Below, piece after piece: positions 22,334 through 30,319 of a stretch of 39,146 nucleotides of DNA (within the stretch, counting starts at the first letter, position 1; each line of letters starts with the position of its first letter). Source of the stretch: an uncultured Nitrospiraceae bacterium (GTDB lineage Bacteria > Nitrospirota > Nitrospiria > Nitrospirales > Nitrospiraceae); NCBI GenBank assembly GCA_963706325.1, contig CAVPLT010000008.1:1-39146 (forward strand), in the 5' to 3' direction. The notes beneath the pieces are model-generated. The model had not been told where the DNA came from. It searched no databases and saw nothing but the letters and a program-made list of their open reading frames with translations. A program made the translations under genes and the position numbers.

Positions 22334-23042
22334 ATGCGTCAACCCAACCAAGATTTACCTTTTCGACCAAGTGCGATGTATGCCGTCTTATTCCGACTCT
22401 TGTGGGTCATTGGGTTGGCGTTGGCGATCGACATCTGGACATCCCCTGAAGCATTGGCGCTGACTGCGAGTCCCACGGCTCTGACTTTTCAAGCCGTTCA
22501 GGGTGGGACCAAGCCGCCCAGCCAGACAGTCAGCCTGTCGAGATCGGACTCACGTCGGCGCAGCTGGACCGCGACGGATAACAGCGACATGGCTCACCGT
22601 ATCCCCTAGTTCCGGGTCCATCACAACGACCGCACAGGTCGCGTTGACAGTGAATACAGCCGGGTTGGCAGTAGGCACCTATACCGCCACGGTCACGATC
22701 ACTGTCGATAATGGAGAGCGCGCGTCGGTGCCTGTGACTCTGAAGGTTGTTGCGGCTCCGACCTCACCTCCACCACCGCCACCTCCTCCTCCGCCTCCAC
22801 CGTCTGGTACCAAGGCGTCGCTTACCTGGAGCCCGGTGACTGGCACCAATTTGGCCGGATATAAAGTGTATATGGGGACAGCCTCGGGACGTTATGGAAC
22901 GCCCCTGGATGTGGGGAATGTGACCGCCTACGTGGTGAGCAATCTCGCCCTGGGAAATACCTACTACTTTGTCGTGACCAGCTATAGCACGAGTGGCAGT
23001 GAAAGCGCGTACTCAAACGAGGTGAGCAAGAGCATTTATTGA
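22334..23042 (+). CDS. Secreted BACON-like + poly-Pro + FN3 protein, copy 2 (frameshifted ~22585)
   Basis: Collinear paralogue of 21105-21803 from start (MRQPNQDLPFR vs MLQAHQHLPFR) to an identical end YSNEVSKSIY; Pro11 linker. Confidence 0.78.
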
Positions 23043-23284
23043 CTGGACCAAGCCTTCACAGCGCTAGAGGTAGCAGGAGTTGGAGCCACCGTCTGTTGCA
23101 CATTGGAGTGCGTGTTTACGGCGGCTGGCCCCATCTTTACAGCCAGCCACTAGCCGGCTTCTGCCTAATCTTTGCTGTATCTCCTATCCTTTCGGCTTTC
23201 TACATTCACCCTTTCATCCACGTTCTTCGATTCTCCCATCGGCTCACACCGCCACTTCTATGTTGGACAGGGCTCTGTGACCGG

Positions 23285-23659
23285 TTATGAAACCCCGGGC
23301 TCCGACCCCGGAATACAATACGTCGGCATGAGTTCCCCGCCGTGGAAGTGCGTGAGCTGTCTCCAGTAGAGAAGCACCCCTTTGTCGTCAAACGTCAGGA
23401 GGTATTGTTCGCACCATACCCCTGGGGCTGTGAATCTATTCCCGGACTGTTGCTCCATCACTTCATAGACCCATACGGTTTCCCCCCTGTCCGCTTGCCG
23501 CACTGTTGTGGGGGCGCCCAATGCCTGCTGGACCTCGGTCTGTGTGCCTCGTCCCTTGACCGAATCCAGATAGGCAGCTTCTTTCGTTTGGAAATGACTG
23601 CAGGCCGCGGCGACGCTGCAGATGGCCAGGATGCCGATCCCCCAATTAGTCTTCATCAT
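23285..23659 (-). CDS. Lipoprotein, SmpA/BamE-like small domain
   Basis: GGAGG SD then MMKTNWGIGILAICSVAAA|C lipobox-like; TQTEVQQALGAP..VWVY..LTFDDKGVL pattern. Confidence 0.7.
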   Translation of the reverse strand: MMKTNWGIGILAICSVAAACSHFQTKEAAYLDSVKGRGTQTEVQQALGAPTTVRQADRGETVWVYEVMEQQSGNRFTAPGVWCEQYLLTFDDKGVLLYWRQLTHFHGGELMPTYCIPGSEPGVS

Positions 23660-23933
23660 GCTTCCTCCGATTCGAGTAGGACGGTGTGATGTCAGCCGCG
23701 CGCATTTCGGGGGATTGTACACCGCTTGCACCCCTCCGTCTTCTATGATGAGGGCCAGACGTCGTGAACGACTCACAGAGGTCCGGAGGCATCGTCGAGA
23801 ACGGCGCGCGCGGAAGATGGATAGTTGAGTATGAGCCTATGAAGAACCGGAACAAGGGCGAGCTACGAAGACGCATCTCACATCTGAGGTGCGAGTACGG
23901 AAAGAGGTGACGGGGGAGGAAAGGAACGAACGC

Positions 23934-24125
23934 TCAGACGGCTTTTTTGACCAGCCCAGACCGCAGGCAGCGGGTGCACACACGTATGCGCAAGGCCGAA
24001 CCGTTCACTAGTGCTTTCACGCGCTGCAGATTTGGATTGAAGACGCGCTTCGTCTTGTTGTTCGCGTGGCTGACGTTATTTCCGGTCTGATGCTTTTTCC
24101 CACAGAGATCACAGGCAAATGCCAC
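23934..24125 (-). CDS. rpmB: 50S ribosomal protein L28
   Basis: [46 protein letters not shown] start. Confidence 0.97.
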   Translation of the reverse strand: MAFACDLCGKKHQTGNNVSHANNKTKRVFNPNLQRVKALVNGSALRIRVCTRCLRSGLVKKAV

Positions 24126-24269
24126 GGCCCTACTCCTTTGTTGCGGCGTCTTTCAACGACTAGTGCGTGAATGCGAGGGGATGCTACCATAGCGTCGCAG
24201 GACATGACAAGCTGCTGGGGTGAATTCTCCTTATGAGGATGGCCTCTCTCGCTCACGCTGTCCACTCCA

Positions 24270-24542
24270 TTGAGAGGCACACGCATAGATCAGGTTACGC
24301 TTATCGGGTTACTGGCCGGATCTCTCACGACCATTGCCTTTGTCCCTCAACTTCAGCAGACCTGGCGCACCCGTTCGGCCCAGGATGTTTCGCTGGGAAT
24401 GTTGCTCACCTTCGTGACTGGAGTCTTTCTCTGGTTGATCTATGGGCTCATGCTGGGAGCTTTGCCCATTATTCTGGCGAATCTTGTGACCTTGGTACTC
24501 ACCCTGGCTATTCTCGTTTTAAAGATCCGGTATCGCTCGTAG
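24270..24542 (+). CDS. SemiSWEET (PQ-loop) transporter
   Basis: IGLLAGSLTTIAFVPQ..WRTRSAQDVSLGM..GVFLWLIYG..PIILAN; three hydrophobic helices. Start ambiguous (TTG 24270 or ATA 24285). Confidence 0.9.
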   Translation: MRGTRIDQVTLIGLLAGSLTTIAFVPQLQQTWRTRSAQDVSLGMLLTFVTGVFLWLIYGLMLGALPIILANLVTLVLTLAILVLKIRYRS

Positions 24543-24618
24543 GGCTTGGCATGTTGGATGGGTGTACAGGACGATGTCCTATGCGGCTCCGTATAACTTG
24601 GTGACGGCAAGTTTGACC

Positions 24619-24648
24619 TTGACAAGGTCGGTGATGCGCTCATAAAGT
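24619..24648 (+). promoter_or_regulatory. Sigma-70-type promoter candidate for the B12 operon
   Basis: TTGACA 24619-24624, 18 nt, TAAAGT 24643-24648, just upstream of the riboswitch. Confidence 0.5.
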
Positions 24649-24665
24649 TTGTCTCTTTTCAAGAC

Positions 24666-24812
24666 ACCTCGGGTCAAGGGAAGAGGGTGCAAAACCCTCG
24701 CGGTCCCGCCGCTGTAAATGGGGACGAAACCCGCAGGCGCCACTGCTCACCGTTTGGTGAGTGGGAAGGCGCGGGGAGTAGGGTGAACCATGAGCCAGAA
24801 GACCTGCCTGAG
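24666..24812 (+). promoter_or_regulatory. Cobalamin riboswitch 1
   Basis: AGGGAAGAGGGTGCAAAACCCTCGCGGTCCCGCCGCTGTAA, GCCACTG, TGGGAAGGC and B12-box GAGCCAGAAGACCTGCC; precedes btuF. Confidence 0.95.
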
Positions 24813-24869
24813 GGAGACCCTTTATTCCCTCGTGGGCTGGGGAATAGGCGAGGATGATATTGCGGGTGC

Positions 24870-24910
24870 AATCCTCAGGGTTCCACGTTGGCCCTGGGGA
24901 TTTTTTATTT
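24870..24910 (+). terminator. Riboswitch-controlled intrinsic terminator (attenuator)
   Basis: AATCCTCAGGG / CCCTGGGGATT 11-bp stem followed by TTTTATTT. Confidence 0.75.
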
Positions 24911-25931
24911 GCGCACGGTTCGAATCATTCCCATTGGTCGGTTGGCAACCGCATGTATCGGAGTTCTCACGTATGTACTGCTGGCTTGCCTTTCCTTCGC
25001 GTTGGGGGATTTCCAGGAAGATCAATCAGTAATGAAACGTCGGCAACAGGGCATCCTCACAGGCATGCCGTTTATGGCCAATATTACTCCGCGCACCTTC
25101 ATCGATGATGCGGGCAGAAAACTCTATGTCGCCAAAGCGCCCACGCGAGTCGTGTCATTGGCCCCGAGTATCACAGAAATGTTGTTTGCATTGGGGCTCG
25201 ATGAACAGATCGTCGGAGTCACGGAGTTTTGCGATTTTCCCACGGCAGCCAAGGCCAAGTCCAAGGTCGGGTATGCCAATCCCAATCTTGAATCCCTCAT
25301 TGCTCTCCAGCCGGAGTTGATCGTCGCTCCGCGAGAGTTTCACCGCGCCAATGTGTTGGCGAAGCTAGAAGAACTGAAGATTCCGGTTCTCCTGCTGGAA
25401 GCCACTTCCGTGGAGAATATTTTTTCGCACATACACACATTAGGGCGCATCTTCGATCGTTCGACTGAAGCTCATGCGATGACGGCGGCCATGAGGAACC
25501 GAATGGCCGAGATCAGCCGTCGAACCGAAAGGTTGCCGCGCATTCGGGTGCTCTATGTGATAAACAGCCAGCCGTTGATCACCGTCGGCCCTGGCAGTTA
25601 CATCCACCAGATGATCGGCTTGGCCGGGGGGGTTAATATCGCATCCGGAGCGAACGCCCCCTATCCACGCCTGACGATGGAGACGGTGTTGAAGGAAGAT
25701 CCTGAAGTGCTGATCTTTCCAATGGGGTCGGTTGAGACGGTGCCTCGACGCGAACAGCAGGAATGGCAGCGCTGGACGACCCTGACAGCCGTACAACAGA
25801 ACCGTCTGCTCGAAGTTTCGGCCGACGCGCTCAATCGTCCCGGGCCTCGTGTGATGGAAGGGTTGGAAGAACTCGTCCGGGTCATTCACCCGGAGGCCTT
25901 GCCTCTGGAATCAACGCCTGTCCACCCATGA
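24888..25931 (+). CDS. btuF: Cobalamin ABC transporter substrate-binding protein
   Basis: RVVSLAPSITEMLFALG, IVGVTEFCDFP, PNLESLIALQPELI, LNRPGPR; true start probably downstream of the terminator (e.g. TTG 24909). Confidence 0.9.
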   Translation: MALGIFYLRTVRIIPIGRLATACIGVLTYVLLACLSFALGDFQEDQSVMKRRQQGILTGMPFMANITPRTFIDDAGRKLYVAKAPTRVVSLAPSITEMLFALGLDEQIVGVTEFCDFPTAAKAKSKVGYANPNLESLIALQPELIVAPREFHRANVLAKLEELKIPVLLLEATSVENIFSHIHTLGRIFDRSTEAHAMTAAMRNRMAEISRRTERLPRIRVLYVINSQPLITVGPGSYIHQMIGLAGGVNIASGANAPYPRLTMETVLKEDPEVLIFPMGSVETVPRREQQEWQRWTTLTAVQQNRLLEVSADALNRPGPRVMEGLEELVRVIHPEALPLESTPVHP

Positions 25932-27088
25932 TGCCCTCACTTGGCCACTCTCCGTCTCCCGCTCCTGCCATGGCCTCACAATCGGTCTCATCCGCAAGCA
26001 CTGCAGTCCATGTTCCTGGGACCGAAGATGGCCGGCCGTTTCAGGGAGCTATCCTCACTCCGGCGCGTTGGTGCGTCATCATGGGCAGTTTGTCAGTCCT
26101 CTCGCTGATTTTGGCCGTAGTCTGTCTACAATTCGGAACACAATACATCGGACTGGGGAAGCTTGCCGGCGTCATGTCATCCGCGCTCTTCCACCAACCG
26201 ACCGACAACGAGGCACTCAAGACGACCAGCGTCATTCTGTTGCAGGTACGCTTGCCGCGTGTGTTTCTGGGATTTTTAGTGGGCGTCTGTTTGGCATCGG
26301 TTGGGGTGGCGTTGCAAGCGCTGCTCAGAAATCCCTTGGCCGATCCCTACGTCCTCGGCGTGTCGAGCGGGGCTGCGCTGGGAGTGGCCGTGGCGGTGTT
26401 GTTCGGGATTGGAACGACCGTGCTTGCCTTTTCGCTCCTCCCGCTGTGCGGATTTATGGGCGGCCTGCTGGCCCTGCTCGTCATCTATCGGATGGCCTCC
26501 ACGTATGATCGGCTGCCGGTTCATTCGGTGCTGCTGGCCGGTGTTATCCTCAACGCAATTTTTTCCGCGCTGATCATGTTTGTCACGTCCATCATGGAGC
26601 CGAATCGGTCCTTCGGCATGATGGCGTGGCTCATGGGGTCTCTCACGGCGCCAGCCTACCCGACCCTGGCGGCGCTCTCGGCCTACTTACTCGTCGGTCT
26701 CGTGCTGCTGTTTAAACAGGTCCGAGTGTTAAACATTTTGGCTTTGGGTGAAGAATCGGCGCGGTCGCTCGGGATCGATACCGAACGAACCAAGCGATCC
26801 ATCTTTCTGGTTTCGGCGCTGCTGACGGGCGCGGTCGTGTCGTTCAGCGGGATGATCGGATTCATCGGGATGATCGTTCCTCACGCCGTGCGTCTCCTGG
26901 TGGGAGCGGACCATCGCATGCTACTGCCCACTTCGGCACTAGTCGGGGGAATGTTTTTGATGCTGGCCGACACCATCGCCCGCACCGCTTTTGTACCATC
27001 GGAGGTCCCGGTGGGGATCATCACGGCCTTGGCCGGTGGTCCCTTCTTCGTCTATCTCCTCGTGTGGAGAAAGGATCGACTGGCGTGA
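25928..27088 (+). CDS. btuC: Cobalamin ABC transporter permease (FecCD family)
   Basis: VRLPRV, QALLRNPLADPYVLGVSSGA, LGEESARSLG, GMIGFIGMIVPH, PVGIITALAGGPFF; ATGA overlap with btuF. Confidence 0.92.
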   Translation: MMPSLGHSPSPAPAMASQSVSSASTAVHVPGTEDGRPFQGAILTPARWCVIMGSLSVLSLILAVVCLQFGTQYIGLGKLAGVMSSALFHQPTDNEALKTTSVILLQVRLPRVFLGFLVGVCLASVGVALQALLRNPLADPYVLGVSSGAALGVAVAVLFGIGTTVLAFSLLPLCGFMGGLLALLVIYRMASTYDRLPVHSVLLAGVILNAIFSALIMFVTSIMEPNRSFGMMAWLMGSLTAPAYPTLAALSAYLLVGLVLLFKQVRVLNILALGEESARSLGIDTERTKRSIFLVSALLTGAVVSFSGMIGFIGMIVPHAVRLLVGADHRMLLPTSALVGGMFLMLADTIARTAFVPSEVPVGIITALAGGPFFVYLLVWRKDRLA

Positions 27089-27981
27089 GCAGTCCTATAG
27101 ATCAGGCGCCTAGGGTGGGCACGACAGGGTCTTCTGACTCACGCGCTGTCCCTGCCTATGATGTGCAAGGATTGCATTTCTATTACGGCAGATCCCGAGC
27201 GCAGGATGTCCGCTGGGTGATCCGAGAGGTGAGCCTTGAGATTGCGCCAGGTGAAATTCTCGGCATCGTCGGCCCGAATGGATCAGGAAAGACATCGCTT
27301 CTGAAACTTTTGGCCAAGCTCGCTGTGCCTCAGCAGGGGGACATCGCGTTGTTTGGTTCCAGTCTGGCCGGCCTTTCCCAGGAAGAGACGGCCAGGACTG
27401 TGGCCTTTGTTCCACAAGAAGGCGCGCAGATGTTTCCCTTCACGGTGGCCGAAACGGTGTTGATGGGACGATTTCCGCATCGTCGTCGGACGCGATGGAA
27501 TGTCGGCTTCGGGTGGGAGGATAGAGAGGATTGCGAGGCTGCCGCTCAGGCTATGGCCATTATGGACATTGGCCATCTCGCCGCTCGCGCGGTCACTGAT
27601 CTCTCCGGCGGCGAACGCCAGCGAACCATGATCGCCCGCGCGTTGGCTCAGTCGCCACGCGTGCTGTTGCTCGATGAGCCCACAGCGTTCCTCGATCTTC
27701 AGCATCAAATAGCGATTTGTTCTGTCTTGCGTCGATTGACGGATGAGCGAGGATTGACTGTTGTCATCGTGTCGCATGACTTGAATCTGGCCAGCCAATA
27801 CTGCGACCGGGTTGCGATGTTGAAAGAGGGCAGGGTCTCAACGGTAGGCATTCCATCGGAAGTGATGTCAGTCGAGATTTTGCGCGAGGTGTATGGCTGC
27901 GGTGTTCTGGTGGACCTCCATCCTGAGTCGGGCCTCCCGCGGATCACGCTGCCGAGGCAGCTTCAGCCGTTCACCGTTTGA
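27085..27981 (+). CDS. btuD: Cobalamin ABC transporter ATP-binding protein
   Basis: GPNGSGKT, LSGGERQR, LLLDEPT, SHDLN; GTGA overlap with the permease. Confidence 0.92.
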   Translation: MSSPIDQAPRVGTTGSSDSRAVPAYDVQGLHFYYGRSRAQDVRWVIREVSLEIAPGEILGIVGPNGSGKTSLLKLLAKLAVPQQGDIALFGSSLAGLSQEETARTVAFVPQEGAQMFPFTVAETVLMGRFPHRRRTRWNVGFGWEDREDCEAAAQAMAIMDIGHLAARAVTDLSGGERQRTMIARALAQSPRVLLLDEPTAFLDLQHQIAICSVLRRLTDERGLTVVIVSHDLNLASQYCDRVAMLKEGRVSTVGIPSEVMSVEILREVYGCGVLVDLHPESGLPRITLPRQLQPFTV

Positions 27982-28065
27982 ATTAAAGACGGATTGTTGC
28001 GGGAGGGGTTCGTGCCCGGCTCCCCGTATAAAGAAAAGGGCACATAAATCATAGGAGAATGGAGT

Positions 28066-28222
28066 GTCAGGAAGACGCCGTCAGCGTCGGGGAAGATGGT
28101 GCAAAACCATCACGGTGCCGCCACTGTAAGCGGGGAGTGACCCTGCCATGCTGCCACTGTGTGCTACGCACATGGGAAGGCGCAGGGAAGCCATGAGCCG
28201 CAAGTCAGGAGACCCAACTGAC
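28066..28222 (+). promoter_or_regulatory. Cobalamin riboswitch 2
   Basis: GGGAAGATGGTGCAAAACCATCACGGTGCCGCCACTGTAA, GCCACTG, ATGGGAAGGC, B12-box AAGTCAGGAGACC; closed by GTCAG/CTGAC; precedes btuB. Confidence 0.95.
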
Positions 28223-28264
28223 GGTTGTTTCAGCTGATCCCTTCGAGTCAAAGGGAGAGTGAGC

Positions 28265-30295
28265 ATGTTGTCTATTGTCAGGGACTTGACCGTCCGCGTG
28301 ATGTTTGTAAGTCTAATTTGTGCCTCGCCGGTGTGGATAGCGTCGGCATCGGCCGATGAACCAACCAAACCTGATTCGGCCACGTCCGATCCGGCCACGT
28401 CCGATCCGGCCGCGCAGACCGAAGAGGTTATCCAGACAGAAGAAGTCGTGGTCTCGGCTACCAAAACTCCGGTACCGGTAAGTCAGGTCACCAGCGCGGT
28501 GGAAGTGATCACCGAGCAGGACATGAAAAAACAAAACCTCCGAACCGTCGCGCAGGCGCTTCGGTTAGCGCAAGGAGTCGCAGCGTTTCAGAGCGGTGGA
28601 CCAGGCACAGAGGTCAACGCGAGAATTCGTGGAGCAAGTTCGAGTCAGACGTTGGTGCTGATCGACGGGGCGATCGTCAACAGCGGAACCTTGGGCAGTT
28701 ATGACTTTGCCAACCTGACCACCGACAACATTGAGCGCGTCGAGATTCTGCGCGGCGCGCAAAGTATGTTGTGGGGATCCGATGCGATGGGAGGAGTCAT
28801 CAACGTGGTCACGAAGAGGGGCCAAGGGCCACTTTCCGCCACGGCCTTTCTGGAATATGGTTCCTTCGCATCGCTTCGCGAAGGCGGCACGGTCTCCGGA
28901 AAAACGGGTATCGTCGATTACAGTCTTTCACTCTCCCGCTGGGATACGTCTAGCTTTTCAGCTGTGAATTACCGCCGGGGCGCGACGGAGCGCGACTCCT
29001 ACCGCAACTGGCAGGGATCGGGCCGTTTCGGGGTGGACCTTCCGCATGACGGCCGCCTCGACTTCAACATGCGTTGGATGAATTCCGACGTGCAACTCGA
29101 CAATATCTCGGCCACCTTTCCTGCCGATGTCTATGGCTCAAAAATGCGCAGTCAGCAATATGTGTTTAGCAGCAGTTATGAACAGCCGCTTACAAGCTGG
29201 TGGTCTCAAAAACTCACCCTTGCACGCTCGCAGGAAGCCTCATTGTTTCTCCCTGGGACGTTACAGCGAGACCTGTCCTCCGGCTTCCTCAGCACTCCCT
29301 TCGGAGTGCCGAACGAAACTCGGGTGTTGTCCGATCGTCTTGAATGGCAGCACAATTTTCAAATCACCAAGCTGCTCTTGCTTAGCGCAGGATATCAATT
29401 TCGCGAACAGCAGGGGGAGAACGATACGGGTCTCATTAATCGCATCTTGAGTTCTCATGCCGGGTTTGCGCAGGCCCAGTTCAACCTGTGGGATCGTGTC
29501 TTCGCGACGGCCGGTATCAGGCACGACAGTTACAACGTGTTCGGCGATGCCACCACCTACCGGCTCACGGGCGGTTACTACCACAAGGAAACAGATACCA
29601 AGCTTCGATCCAGCTACTCCACCGGCTTTCGAGCGCCCAGCATGAACGAGTTGTATTTTCCGAATTTCGGCAACCCCAATCTCGGGCCGGAAAAAAGCCA
29701 GAGTATGGATGTGGGGGTCGATCAATATTTCTTCTCCAAGCAACTGAAGCTCACGGGAGGATTTTTCTGGAACCACTACCGTAATCTGATCATCACGACA
29801 TTCGATCCGGCGTTTTGCGCGCCCTTCAGTACCTTTGGGTTTTGCCCGCAGCAGCTAGGTGAAGCCTCAACGAAGGGATGGGAGTCCGGACTGTCCTATA
29901 CCTACTCAAGCGATCGGCAGTTTTTGAAGGGTGTCGTCGTACAGGCACAATACACGTACACCCTCACGCGCGATTTGGAGACGCACAGCCGTTTGCCTCG
30001 CTGGCCGACCGACCAGTGGAGCGCCTCTGTGAGTTATCAACCGATTGAGCCGCTGTGGATTATCGTGATCGGGCGTTACGTGGGGTCGCGTTTCAATACC
30101 ACCGGCGAACAGCAAAGTATGCGGGCGTTCGATGTCTGGTCCTTGGCAGCGACGTACGATGTGACCAAGCGGGTGCAGGCCTATCTGAGGGCAGAAAACC
30201 TGTTCAATGAGAAATATGAAGAAATCGCCAGCGCCGGCACGCCGATTCGATCTATTTTCGGAGGTGTGCGGGTCGCGTTCGGTGGAAAGTCGTGA
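28265..30295 (+). CDS. btuB: TonB-dependent cobalamin receptor
   Basis: Signal peptide, EEVVVSATKT TonB box, plug IRG..TLVLIDG..IERVEILRGAQSMLWGSDAMGGVINVVT, GFRAPS, ENLFNEKY; directly under a B12 riboswitch. Confidence 0.92.
   Translation: MLSIVRDLTVRVMFVSLICASPVWIASASADEPTKPDSATSDPATSDPAAQTEEVIQTEEVVVSATKTPVPVSQVTSAVEVITEQDMKKQNLRTVAQALRLAQGVAAFQSGGPGTEVNARIRGASSSQTLVLIDGAIVNSGTLGSYDFANLTTDNIERVEILRGAQSMLWGSDAMGGVINVVTKRGQGPLSATAFLEYGSFASLREGGTVSGKTGIVDYSLSLSRWDTSSFSAVNYRRGATERDSYRNWQGSGRFGVDLPHDGRLDFNMRWMNSDVQLDNISATFPADVYGSKMRSQQYVFSSSYEQPLTSWWSQKLTLARSQEASLFLPGTLQRDLSSGFLSTPFGVPNETRVLSDRLEWQHNFQITKLLLLSAGYQFREQQGENDTGLINRILSSHAGFAQAQFNLWDRVFATAGIRHDSYNVFGDATTYRLTGGYYHKETDTKLRSSYSTGFRAPSMNELYFPNFGNPNLGPEKSQSMDVGVDQYFFSKQLKLTGGFFWNHYRNLIITTFDPAFCAPFSTFGFCPQQLGEASTKGWESGLSYTYSSDRQFLKGVVVQAQYTYTLTRDLETHSRLPRWPTDQWSASVSYQPIEPLWIIVIGRYVGSRFNTTGEQQSMRAFDVWSLAATYDVTKRVQAYLRAENLFNEKYEEIASAGTPIRSIFGGVRVAFGGKS
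28373..28414 (+). repeat. In-frame 15-nt tandem repeat (~2.8 copies) in the btuB N-terminus
   Basis: GATTCGGCCACGTCC GATCCGGCCACGTCC GATCCGGCCGCG encoding DSATS-DPATS-DPAA. Confidence 0.85.
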
Positions 30296-30319
30296 GCAAC
30301 AGGTGAGAGAACCGGTGTG

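Noticed and set aside
21530..22802. CCN-rich runs as a DNA repeat array or CRISPR
   Set aside because: They are synonymous-varied proline codons in linkers; I saw no repeat-spacer array or cas gene in the window.
130..23042. Programmed frameshifting or phase variation as the cause of the split genes
   Set aside because: Breaks are numerous, mostly not at long homopolymers or slippery heptamers, and sometimes compensating; sequence error or decay is simpler.
23123..23148. GGCTGGC..GCCAGCC inverted repeat between convergent genes
   Set aside because: A 7-bp stem with no U-tract on either strand; not enough to call a terminator.
24674..25108. Small ORFs over riboswitch 1, and likewise 28081-28464 over riboswitch 2
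   Set aside because: Explained by the riboswitch RNA and adjacent genes; shadow ORFs.
27999..28027. GC-rich hairpin after btuD as a terminator
   Set aside because: Imperfect stem and no T-run on the plus strand.
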